From Miltoncostaeaceae bacterium (GTDB taxonomy: Bacteria; Actinomycetota; Thermoleophilia; Miltoncostaeales; Miltoncostaeaceae): 64,000 bases of DNA. Where the stretch lies: assembly GCA_963703045.1 (NCBI GenBank), contig OY969782.1:2157771-2221770 (forward strand), read 5' to 3'. The notes below the pieces were generated by a model. That model saw only the letters and a program-made list of their open reading frames with translations. It ran no database searches and was not told where the DNA came from. The position numbers and the translations under genes are program-made. Positions within the stretch are counted from its first letter, which is position 1. The number at the start of each line of letters is the position of its first letter. Positions 10,132-18,076 of this stretch are shown in pieces.

Positions 10132-10217
10132 CCCCGGCACCCACCCGGCCGGCCACCGACGCGGTGGCCGGCCGGGAGGATTGACCCCGCACCGCTCCCG
10201 GAAGAGAATCGCGCGCC

Positions 10218-11450
10218 GTGGACGGCCCCCTCGTCATCCTCCTCGTCGCCGCCCTGCCGCCCCCCCTCGTGCGGGCCGGGCGGACCGACGACGACGCGGC
10301 GGACACGGCGCGGCGCGCCGCGCTCGCACACCTGCGGCGTGCCCTCGACGCACACGGCGGCCGCGAGATCCGCACGACCGGCGCGAGCCTGATGGCGTCG
10401 TTCGCGAGCGCCGTCTCCGCCGTGCGCTGCGCCATCGAGATGCAGCGCACGGCGGGGGACGGGGGGCACGGCGACCTCCGCATCGGCCTCGCGGCGGGTG
10501 AGCCGATCGCCGACGGCGCGGACCTCCACGGCACCCCCGTGACCCTCGCGCTGAGGTTGTCGGAGACGGCGGCCCCGGGGGAGATCGTGGCGACCGACGT
10601 CGTCCGCCAGATCGCGGGGCCGCGGACCGCGGGTCGGATACGCGCCGCGGGAGGCCTGCGGCTGCCGGGCCTGGCCGAGCGCGTCGCCATCGCGCACGTC
10701 GTCTGGCGAGACGAGGACGCACCGGCCGGCCCGCCCGACGAGGGGCCCTCGACCGCCCCGGCGGCGGAGATCACGGTGGTGGTGGCCGACGACCAGCGGC
10801 TCCTGCGCGCGGGCTTCCGGGTGATCCTCGATTCGGAGCCGGACATCCGGGTGATCGGCGAGGCCGCCGACGGAGATGCGGCGGTCGAGATGGCGCGGGG
10901 CCGCCGACCCGACGTGGTCCTCATGGACATCCGCATGCCGGGGTGCGACGGTCTGCAGGCGGCGGAGCGCATCCTCGCCGAGCCCGGTCTGCGGACCGCC
11001 GTGCTCATGCTCACGACCTTCGATCGCGACGAGTACGTGTACGAGGCGCTGCGAATCGGCGCGAGCGGCTTCCTGCTCAAGGACACGCCCGCGGATCGGC
11101 TCCTGGACGCCGTGCGCGTCGCGGCGGCGGGCGAGGCGATGCTGGCGCCCGGGATCACGCGCCGGCTGATCGAGCGCTTCGCCCACGCGGCACGGCCGGC
11201 GTCCGGCGGCGTGCCGGCCGCGCTGTCGGCCCTCACCGCGCGTGAGATCGACGTGCTGCGCCTGGTCGCCCGCGGGCTGTCGAACGCCGAGATCGCCGCC
11301 CGACTCGTGCTGGGTGAGAACACCGTGAAGACCCACGTCGCCCACGTGCTCGGCAAGCTCGGCCTGCGCGACCGCGTGCAGGCCGTCGTACTCGCCTACG
11401 AGACCGGACTCGTCGACCGGCGGCTCTCGCCGGGCGACCCCTTCCGCTGA
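10218..11450 (+). CDS. response regulator with an N-terminal degenerate class III cyclase-homology domain (CHD-like + REC + LuxR HTH)
   Basis: REC: ITVVVADDQRLLRAGF...PDVVLMDIRMPGCDG. HTH: LTAREIDVLRLVARGLSNAEIAARLVLGENTVKTHV. The N-terminal 180 aa resemble a nucleotidyl cyclase fold (GASLMASFASAVSAVRCAIEMQR...LRIGLAAGEP...GTPVTLALRLSETAAPGEIV), but both metal-binding Asp positions appear substituted. Confidence 0.7.
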   Translation: MDGPLVILLVAALPPPLVRAGRTDDDAADTARRAALAHLRRALDAHGGREIRTTGASLMASFASAVSAVRCAIEMQRTAGDGGHGDLRIGLAAGEPIADGADLHGTPVTLALRLSETAAPGEIVATDVVRQIAGPRTAGRIRAAGGLRLPGLAERVAIAHVVWRDEDAPAGPPDEGPSTAPAAEITVVVADDQRLLRAGFRVILDSEPDIRVIGEAADGDAAVEMARGRRPDVVLMDIRMPGCDGLQAAERILAEPGLRTAVLMLTTFDRDEYVYEALRIGASGFLLKDTPADRLLDAVRVAAAGEAMLAPGITRRLIERFAHAARPASGGVPAALSALTAREIDVLRLVARGLSNAEIAARLVLGENTVKTHVAHVLGKLGLRDRVQAVVLAYETGLVDRRLSPGDPFR

Positions 11451-11491
11451 GTCTCCTCGCCGGCCGGGGTCCCGCCGCGGAGCGCCTCCGA

Positions 11492-12304
11492 TCAGCCGGG
11501 CTTGCGCGCGATCGCGAACAGCTTGGCGAACTCGTAGCGCCAGCCGCGCGTGCCTGACCGCTCGCGCAGCCGCGCCTCGATGTTGGCCACGTACTCGGCC
11601 ACCTCCGCCTCGGACTGGTCGCCGATCACGTGGCCCGCGACGACCCGCATGCGCTCCATGTACGCCTCGACCGAGGTGTGGCGCACCCGGGTCTCCATCC
11701 AGATGTCGAGCGGCTCCAGGCCGGCGCCGACGAGGTAGTCCTCCATCTCCTCCCCGTCGCGCTGGTTGCCGTCGAAGGCGCCCACCCACCGGTAGTTGAT
11801 CGGCTCGACGTTGGAGATCACGTCCCGGTAGGCCTGCTCGCCGCCGCGTCCCGACATGAGGATCGCGACGACCCCGCCCGGCCGGAGCGCCCGGGCCATC
11901 GCCCGTGCCGCCTCCCACTTGCGCGGGAACCAGTGGTAGGCCATCGAGCAGATCACGAGGTCGAACGAGCCCTCGGCGACCGGCATGGCTTCCACGTCGG
12001 CCTCGGCCAGCGTGATCTCCACGCCCTCGATGCCGCCGAGCTTGGCCCCGAACCTCTCGAGCATGCCGGCGGCGGGGTCGACGCCCGTGATCCGCGCGGG
12101 GCGGAAGCGGTCGATCACGGCCTGGGTCGCCCACCCGGTGCCGCAGCCGACATCCAGCACGTCGTCGTACCGGCCGGGCGGGATGCTGAGCACGAGGCGC
12201 TGCGCGCCCTCGATGTTGAACCGGACGGCGTCCTCGTAGTCCGATGCGGTCTCGGTGAACCCGCCGGAGACCGACTCGTGGCTGCTGTGGATGTGCGACG
12301 ACAT
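11492..12304 (-). CDS. class I SAM-dependent methyltransferase
   Basis: 270 aa from MSSHIHS (cat at 12302-12304). Motifs VLDVGCGTGWAT, ITGVDPAAGML and EGSFDLVICSMAYHWF. Confidence 0.85.
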   Translation of the reverse strand: MSSHIHSSHESVSGGFTETASDYEDAVRFNIEGAQRLVLSIPPGRYDDVLDVGCGTGWATQAVIDRFRPARITGVDPAAGMLERFGAKLGGIEGVEITLAEADVEAMPVAEGSFDLVICSMAYHWFPRKWEAARAMARALRPGGVVAILMSGRGGEQAYRDVISNVEPINYRWVGAFDGNQRDGEEMEDYLVGAGLEPLDIWMETRVRHTSVEAYMERMRVVAGHVIGDQSEAEVAEYVANIEARLRERSGTRGWRYEFAKLFAIARKPG

Positions 12305-12419
12305 GTTCGGGCGGTGCTCCTGGGTGAGGGGGCGGGCCGGTCGAGCCGTGGGCTTCGTGACCGGATCATGTCTACACGGCTCGCGCGGCTCCTCGCGGAA
12401 CCGCTTCGCCCGCCCGGCG

Positions 12420-12446
12420 CCCCACCCTGCTCGGCGCAGGGTGGGG
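12420..12446 (-). terminator. GC-rich hairpin downstream of the response regulator gene (candidate intrinsic terminator, no U-tract)
   Basis: ccccaccctg (12420-12429) pairs perfectly with cagggtgggg (12437-12446) around a 7-nt loop. It lies about 70 nt past the stop at 12518. Confidence 0.4.
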
Positions 12447-12517
12447 AGGGGGGTCCTCGTCCACCGCGTCGTCGATGGCACCTCCCGACGACCGGTCCGG
12501 ACGGACTCGCCGCCCGG

Positions 12518-13144
12518 TCAGCTCACGTCGATGAGGCCGCGGCTGATCGCGACGCTCACGGCCCCGGCCCGCGTGTCGACGCCGAGCTTGGCGAAGAGGT
12601 GCGCGACGTGACTCTTGACCGTGGCCTCGCTCAGGTTCAGCCGGTCGGCGATCCCCCGGTTCGTCAGCCCGTCGGCCAGGTGCCCGAGGATCTCGAGCTC
12701 GCGGGCGGTCGGGGCCGGGGTCGGGCTGCGGAGGCGACTCATCAGCCGGCCCGCGACCGGGGCCGCGAGCACGGTGTCCCCGCGGGCGGAGCCCACGATC
12801 GCCGCGGCGAGCTCGTCGATCCTGGTGCCCTTCAGGAGATAGCCGGTCGCACCCGCCTCCGCGGCCCGCACGATGTCCTGCTCGCTGTCGTAGCTCGTGA
12901 AGACCAGTACGCGGGGCGCGTCGGGAAGCGAGGCGATCCGGCGCGTCGCCTCGATGCCGTCGATGCCGGGCCCCATCCGGAGATCCATCAGCGCGACGTC
13001 GGGGCGCGTCCGCGCGGCCTGCGCGACGGCCTCCTCGCCGTCCGCCGCCTCGCCGACGATCTCGAGGCCGGGGACCTCGTCGAGCATCGCGCGCAGCCCT
13101 TCCCGCACGACGGGGTGGTCGTCGACGATCAGCACGCGCACCAC
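12518..13144 (-). CDS. NarL/LuxR-family response regulator with no adjacent kinase
   Basis: VRVLIVDDHPVVREGL...PDVALMDLRMGPGIDG...LTARELEILGHLADGLTNRGIADRLNLSEATVKSHV. GTG start chosen at 13144, and 13141 is equally possible. Confidence 0.85.
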   Translation of the reverse strand: MVRVLIVDDHPVVREGLRAMLDEVPGLEIVGEAADGEEAVAQAARTRPDVALMDLRMGPGIDGIEATRRIASLPDAPRVLVFTSYDSEQDIVRAAEAGATGYLLKGTRIDELAAAIVGSARGDTVLAAPVAGRLMSRLRSPTPAPTARELEILGHLADGLTNRGIADRLNLSEATVKSHVAHLFAKLGVDTRAGAVSVAISRGLIDVS

Positions 13145-13269
13145 GCCCCCACCGCCGGCCGGGTCGCCCCCCCGGCGCCGCGCGCGCGGCGTTCCCCGGA
13201 GCCAGCCGCGCGCCGACGCGCGGTCGCCGGGGGCATCTGCGGATGAGCCGATCGGGGGTCCTCCCACGA

Positions 13270-13280
13270 CGTGATTCACG
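13270..13280. promoter_or_regulatory. 11-bp palindrome CGTGATTCACG in the divergent intergenic region
   Basis: Perfect dyad around a central T, read directly from the sequence. It lies in a locally low-GC stretch between the response regulator gene and the micro-ORF. Confidence 0.4.
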
Positions 13281-13299
13281 TTCGGATCGGCTCGTATCT

Positions 13300-13315
13300 A
13301 CTCATATGTATGAGT
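13300..13315. promoter_or_regulatory. 16-bp perfect inverted repeat ACTCATA-TG-TATGAGT (candidate operator)
   Basis: 7-2-7 dyad read directly from the sequence. It is the most AT-rich spot I noticed in this window. Direct repeats of AATCACC and GAGTCGT follow within 90 nt. Confidence 0.5.
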
Positions 13316-13490
13316 CGTCAATCACCTGAACGGACGTCCAGGAAATCACCCGTCGGTCTGATGATCGGGCGCGGCTCCGTTGATTGAGTCGTGCGACCGC
13401 CGCCGCCCACCCGTCCCTCCGACGGGCCGGCGCGTGGCGTGACACCGGCGGCGATGGCTCGCCGGGTCAGACCAAACGGAGGGGCGCACC

Positions 13491-13622
13491 ATGCCGAAGT
13501 ACGGCGGCTACTATCCCGCGAAGCGCAAGGGCAAGCACGGCTCGAGTTCCGGGTCGAGCAAGAGCAGCTCGAGCAAGTCGCGCTCGAAGAGCTCCGGGTC
13601 CTCGAAGTCCAAGCACTGCTGA
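13491..13622 (+). CDS. 43-aa Ser/Lys-rich micro-protein (not in the ORF track): MPKYGGYYPAKRKGKHGSSSGSSKSSSSKSRSKSSGSSKSKHC
   Basis: GGAGG at 13478-13482 sits 8 nt before the ATG. 41 of 43 codons end in G/C, although the local DNA is less GC-rich. Composition is 16 Ser, 9 Lys, 2 Arg and a single C-terminal Cys. Confidence 0.7.
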   Translation: MPKYGGYYPAKRKGKHGSSSGSSKSSSSKSRSKSSGSSKSKHC

Positions 13623-13640
13623 GAGCGGAGTGAACTTCTC

Positions 13641-13670
13641 GGCCGCGCCCCGCCCGCCGGCGGCGCGGCC
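13641..13670 (+). promoter_or_regulatory. GC-rich intercistronic stem-loop between the micro-ORF and the ABC gene (possible attenuator or processing site)
   Basis: ggccgcgcc (13641-13649) pairs with ggcgcggcc (13662-13670). An inner gcc/ggc pairing closes a 4-nt loop. The ABC gene RBS GGCGGAG follows immediately. Confidence 0.5.
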
Positions 13671-13682
13671 GGCGGAGTGCTG

Positions 13683-15554
13683 ATGGCGGAGCCCGCACAC
13701 CGAGCCGGTCTGGCGGCGCGCGTCCGCCTCGCGCTCCTGCCCGCGGCGCTGAACAGCGGCCTCGTGGCCGAGGCGCCGCCCGTACCCATCCGGGACATCT
13801 TCCGCCGCTTCTGGCCCTATGCCCGGCCGTATCGGGCCTGGCTGTGGGGCACCCTGGTGTTCATCGCGATCGGCCCGGCGATCGACATCGCGACCATCTG
13901 GCTCTTCAAGGAGGTCGTTGACGAGGTCTTCGTGCCGATGGACCTCGGGCCCCTCCCCTGGATCGCGGCCGCCTACATGGGCGTCGTCCTGCTGGGAGGG
14001 ATCGTCAACTTCGCCGACGACTACCTCTCCGCGGTGGTCGGCCAGCGATTCCTGCTCGACCTGCGCACCTCGTTCTTCCGCCACCTGCAGGGGCTGTCGC
14101 TCGACTTCTTCGAGCGGCGCCGACTCGGCGACACGATGTCGCGGGTCACGGGCGACATCGCCTCGATCGAGACGCTCGTGCTCTCGGGGGTCGCCGACGC
14201 GCTCTCCTACGTCCTCCGCATCGGGCTCTTCGCCGGGGCCCTCTTCGTGCTGCAGTGGGACATGGCCCTCGTCGCCCTGGTCGTCGTGCCGCTCTTCTAC
14301 GGCACCGCGCGCCGCTTCTCGCAGCGCATCAAGCTGGCCTCGCGCGAGCGCCGGCGCCGCTCGGGGTCGATCAGCGCGGTGGCCGAGGAGTCGCTCTCCA
14401 ACGCCGCCCTCGTGCAGGCCTACAACCGCCAGTCGACCGAGGTGGAGCGGTTTCGGCAGGAGAGCGTGGGATCGATGGCGGCGACGCTGGCCGCCACGCG
14501 CATCCAGGCGGCGTTCTCGCCGCTCGTCGACCTGATCGAGCTCGCCGGCGCGCTCATCGTGATGGCGATCGGGACGTGGCAGCTCGCCGAGGGTCGCCTG
14601 AGCCTCGGCGGCCTTCTCGCCTTCCTCGCGCTCCTCAGCAAGCTCTACAGCCCGATCCGGGGGCTGACGCGACTGACGAACACGATCTACTCCGCCTCGG
14701 CGAGCGCCGAGCGCATCATCGAGTTCCTCGATCAGGAGCCGTCGGTCACGGATCCGCCGCATCCCCGTCCGGTGGGACGGGCGACCGGCAACGTGCAGTT
14801 CGCCGGCGTGTCGTTCGCGTACCCCGGCACCTCCCGGTCGGCGCTCGACGAGGTCTCGTTGCGCGCCGAGCCCGGAGAGATCCTGGCGCTGGTCGGCGCG
14901 AGCGGCGCCGGCAAGTCGACCGTCGCGAAGTTGCTGCTGCGCTTCTACGATCCCGACGACGGCCGAGTGCTGCTCGACGGCGTGGACGTGCGCGAGCTCT
15001 CGCTGGTCGAGCTGCGCGAGAACGTCGCGGTGCTGCTGCAGGAGACGCTCGTCTTCGACGGGACGGTGCGCGAGAACATCGCGTTCGGGCGCCTCGGCGC
15101 CACCGACGACGAGATCGAGGGGGCGGCCCGCGCCGCCGACGCGCACGACTTCATCGCGCGCCTGCCCGAGGGGTACGACACCTCCATCGGCCAGAAGGGG
15201 CGGCGGCTCTCGGGCGGACAGCGCCAGCGGATCGCCATCGCCCGCGCCATGATCCGCGACGCGCCGGTGCTGATCCTCGACGAGCCGACGACCGGGCTCG
15301 ACGCCGAGAGCGCGGAGCGCATCATGGCCCCCCTCCGCCGGCTCATGAGCGGCCGGACCACGATCGTGATCTCCCACAACCTGCTCACCGTGAGGGAGGC
15401 CGATCAGATCGCCGTGCTGCAGGCCGGTCGCATCGCCGAGAGGGGCACGCACGCCGAGCTCGTGGCCCGGGACGGGCTCTACGCGGAGCTGGACCGCCTC
15501 CACCGCGGGCGCGAGGCTGCCGCGACGAGCCTCGCCGGTGAGGTGCCGGCGTGA
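13683..15554 (+). CDS. ABC exporter, fused permease and ATPase (type I exporter, MsbA-like half transporter)
   Basis: Six-TM N-terminal domain, Walker A GASGAGKST, signature LSGGQRQR and Walker B VLILDEPT. No C39 peptidase domain. The ATG at 13683 is preferred over the GTG at 13677. Confidence 0.9.
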   Translation: MAEPAHRAGLAARVRLALLPAALNSGLVAEAPPVPIRDIFRRFWPYARPYRAWLWGTLVFIAIGPAIDIATIWLFKEVVDEVFVPMDLGPLPWIAAAYMGVVLLGGIVNFADDYLSAVVGQRFLLDLRTSFFRHLQGLSLDFFERRRLGDTMSRVTGDIASIETLVLSGVADALSYVLRIGLFAGALFVLQWDMALVALVVVPLFYGTARRFSQRIKLASRERRRRSGSISAVAEESLSNAALVQAYNRQSTEVERFRQESVGSMAATLAATRIQAAFSPLVDLIELAGALIVMAIGTWQLAEGRLSLGGLLAFLALLSKLYSPIRGLTRLTNTIYSASASAERIIEFLDQEPSVTDPPHPRPVGRATGNVQFAGVSFAYPGTSRSALDEVSLRAEPGEILALVGASGAGKSTVAKLLLRFYDPDDGRVLLDGVDVRELSLVELRENVAVLLQETLVFDGTVRENIAFGRLGATDDEIEGAARAADAHDFIARLPEGYDTSIGQKGRRLSGGQRQRIAIARAMIRDAPVLILDEPTTGLDAESAERIMAPLRRLMSGRTTIVISHNLLTVREADQIAVLQAGRIAERGTHAELVARDGLYAELDRLHRGREAAATSLAGEVPA

Positions 15555-16462
15555 GGGCGGCCGTGCAGCCCGACGTCACGACCGCGGCGGTAGAGCCGCC
15601 CGTTCGCGACCCCGGCGACGAGCTCGCGCCGGGCTACGAGGTCATCGACCTCCTCAGCCGGGGCGAATCGCTCGACGTCTACGACGTCTGGAGCGAGGAG
15701 CGGTGCTGTCGCTGCACGGCGAAGGAGCTGCGGCCGGATCGCCGCGAGCACGCGCGCGTGCGCCGCCGCCTCGTCAACGAGGGCCGGCTGCTGCAACGCC
15801 TCACGCATCCCCACCTGGTGCGGGGCTACGAGCTCATCGAGCAACCGCACCCGATCGTCATCCTCGAGACGCTGACCGGCGAGACCCTCTCCTACGCCAT
15901 CGAGAGCCGCGCCCGGCGGATGCCCGCGTCGGAGATCGTCTTCCTCGGCCTGCACCTGTGCTCGGCGATCGGCTACCTCCACCGGCAGGGGCACCTGCAC
16001 CTCGATCTCAAGCCGTCGAACGTCATCTGCGTAGGCGGGCTGGCGAAGGTGATCGATCTCAGTCTCGCCGCCCCTCCGGGATGGCGGCGGCGCGGCGCCG
16101 GGACGCGCGGCTACATGGCTCCCGAGCAGGCCCGTGGGGGCCGCCTCGACGAGAGCGCCGACGTCTGGGGCATCGGCGCCGTGCTCTACGACGCCGCGAC
16201 CGGACGGACGCCGTTCGAGGCGGAGACCGGCGAGGACTACGCACAGCTCGCGCGGCGCGCCGAGCCGGTCGGCCGTCACCGACGGCTGCCGCCGGCCCTC
16301 GCCACGGCGATCGACGCCTGCCTCGCGCCCGAGCGCCGGGCCCGGCCGGGCGTCGAGGAGCTCGCCACGACGCTCGACGCGCTCACCGAATACGGCCGCC
16401 GCGGCATCCCGGACGACGGCTCCTACCAGGTTGCGACGACCGGCGGCGCTCCGGGCAGCTGA
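15551..16462 (+). CDS. minimal Hanks-type Ser/Thr protein kinase (kinase domain only, non-RD)
   Basis: GTG overlaps the ABC stop (GTGA). Catalytic loop HLHLDLKPSNV, DLS in place of DFG (KVIDLSLA), GTRGYMAPE and DVWGIGAVLY. The Gly-rich loop is degenerate (LSRGESLDVY). No TM or sensor domain. Confidence 0.85.
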   Translation: MRAAVQPDVTTAAVEPPVRDPGDELAPGYEVIDLLSRGESLDVYDVWSEERCCRCTAKELRPDRREHARVRRRLVNEGRLLQRLTHPHLVRGYELIEQPHPIVILETLTGETLSYAIESRARRMPASEIVFLGLHLCSAIGYLHRQGHLHLDLKPSNVICVGGLAKVIDLSLAAPPGWRRRGAGTRGYMAPEQARGGRLDESADVWGIGAVLYDAATGRTPFEAETGEDYAQLARRAEPVGRHRRLPPALATAIDACLAPERRARPGVEELATTLDALTEYGRRGIPDDGSYQVATTGGAPGS

Positions 16463-17199
16463 GGGCGGTCAGCCGGCGGTCCGCTCCCACCGAACCGGCG
16501 CTCGAGCACGACGCACACCCCGCCGTGGTCGCTGAGCGGCCGACCGTCGGCGTCGTGGCGATCGAACCCCTCCAGCGCGCGCACCGCGAGGGAGGTCGAG
16601 TGGGCCACGTGGTCGATCACCTGGCGATCGATGCCGGCGACGTGCCCGGCCGGTCGCCACCACGAGATCCCCGAGGCAATCCCCGAGCGCGGCCGCCACC
16701 CGGATCGGAGCCCGGGTGCGTGGGATGCGCTGGTTGAAGTCGCCGACGAGGAGCGTCGGCACGCCGGCGTCCCGCCCGGCCAGCAGCGGGCCCAGATGCT
16801 CGAGGTAGGTCAGGTGATCCCCCCCGGCGCCCGGACCCGCCTGCCGGTGCTCACGTGGGCGTGGCTCCAGGGAATGCAGACGCCGATGAGGCGCAATGGT
16901 CCGTCCGGGGTCCGGCAGGTGGCCGCCACGAAGCGGCCCGGTGGCAGCTCCGACGAGCCGATCGGATCGAGGTCCTCGAGCGGCCACCGGGTCCACAGGA
17001 TCACCTTGCGCCGTCCGCCCCTGACGCCGTATCCGGAGTCGGCCTCGCATTCGGCGAGATGCCCGCCGGCGGGAAGGATGTCGGCGTCGGCCTCCGTGGC
17101 GCAGAGGATGTCGGGAGAGAACTCGGAGAGCCGCGCGGCGATCCGAGCCCGGCGCGGGCGAGGTGCCCACTCGAGGTTCCAGTTCACGACCCTGATCAC
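16423..17199 (-). pseudogene. endonuclease/exonuclease/phosphatase (EEP) family gene interrupted by two opposite-sign frame changes
   Basis: The N-terminal part (MIRVVNWNLEW...IGVCIPW) and the C-terminal part (IDHVAHSTS...PLSDHGGVCVVLER) share one frame. The middle part (DHLTYLEHL...LLVGDFNQRIP) is in another frame. The junctions are at a G7 run (16819-16825) and at ccggcc/ggg (about 16640-16650). Confidence 0.7.
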
Positions 17200-17289
17200 A
17201 CGCAGCCCCTCCGCGCGGACAGAGCGACCGACTCTACGCGCGGCCGTCGCGGCGGCTCGGGCGTGTCCGTGAACACGCCTGGTCGTCGG

Positions 17290-17952
17290 TCACCGTGCCG
17301 CCACGCCGACGACGTAGGCATCGTGGTCGCTCAACCGTCTTCCCTCCGCCTCCGCGACCACCCGCCGGCACGGTCCGCTCACCCACGTCGCCGGCACCGC
17401 GATGTGGTCGATGCTGAGCAGCCCCTCGATCCGATGGGGTGCGTCGGCCGTCGTGACGGTGAGACCCAGCGTTGTGACGAGCGCCCCGATCGCGCTCCGT
17501 CCCTCGATGCTCCCGGCGTACTCGCGACCCGTCATGGCGTGGTTCCAGTCCCCTCCCCAGACCACAGGGCATCCGGCGGCCGTCAGGGAAGGCTCGATGT
17601 GACCGAGGGAGGCGATCGTGATGGCCGCCGTGTTCGCACCCTCGTCGGGCCAGTACGCACGCGCCCCGCGCCAGGGAAGCACGCAGCTGCAGACCCGGAG
17701 GTCACCAAGCTGCGCGAGGGCCGCCGCCGGATGCGGCGACGGGAGCGGCGCGGGTGGAGTCGTACTCCAGATGGCCGCCCACGACGTCTCCTTGGTTCCG
17801 TTCATCGGCTCCGAACTGACCAGGGTCCCGCCCGGCAGCTCGAAGGCCGCCGGAACCTCGCTCAGCAGCCACACGTCGCATTCCGCGTCCTCCAGAAGGC
17901 CCCGATGATGAAGCGACCAGCGACCGGCCAGGTTCCAGGTTCCGATGCGCAT
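17290..17952 (-). CDS. endonuclease/exonuclease/phosphatase (EEP) family protein, intact paralogue
   Basis: 220 aa with MRIGTWNLAGRW, VVWGGDWNH, LSIDHIAVP and RLSDHDAYVV. Confidence 0.8.
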   Translation of the reverse strand: MRIGTWNLAGRWSLHHRGLLEDAECDVWLLSEVPAAFELPGGTLVSSEPMNGTKETSWAAIWSTTPPAPLPSPHPAAALAQLGDLRVCSCVLPWRGARAYWPDEGANTAAITIASLGHIEPSLTAAGCPVVWGGDWNHAMTGREYAGSIEGRSAIGALVTTLGLTVTTADAPHRIEGLLSIDHIAVPATWVSGPCRRVVAEAEGRRLSDHDAYVVGVAAR

Positions 17953-18076
17953 CGATGGATCCTGTCGTCTCGTCCGGCGGAGCGCGACTCGTCCGAATCG
18001 TGCCGTTGCGGCCGCAGGGGCGCGGCCCGGACCCTCATGCCACGGTCCCGCCGAGCGCCGGAACCGCCCGGCAGGA

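Noticed and set aside
13384-13683. Track ORFs 13384..13683 and 13391..13633 (plus strand) and 13318..13698 and 13511..13798 (minus strand) covering the micro-ORF region
   Set aside because: Their third positions are rich in A/T and they have no RBS. The third frame (13491..13622) has 41/43 G/C third positions and a GGAGG RBS.
13491-16462. Interpretation of the peptide/ABC/kinase module as a lanthipeptide (class III/IV/V-like) cluster
   Set aside because: No lyase, cyclase, LanB/LanM-type or HopA1-like gene lies nearby. The peptide has only one Cys, and the kinase is a plain Hanks-type domain. The module is kept as an open hypothesis of peptide phosphorylation or export only.
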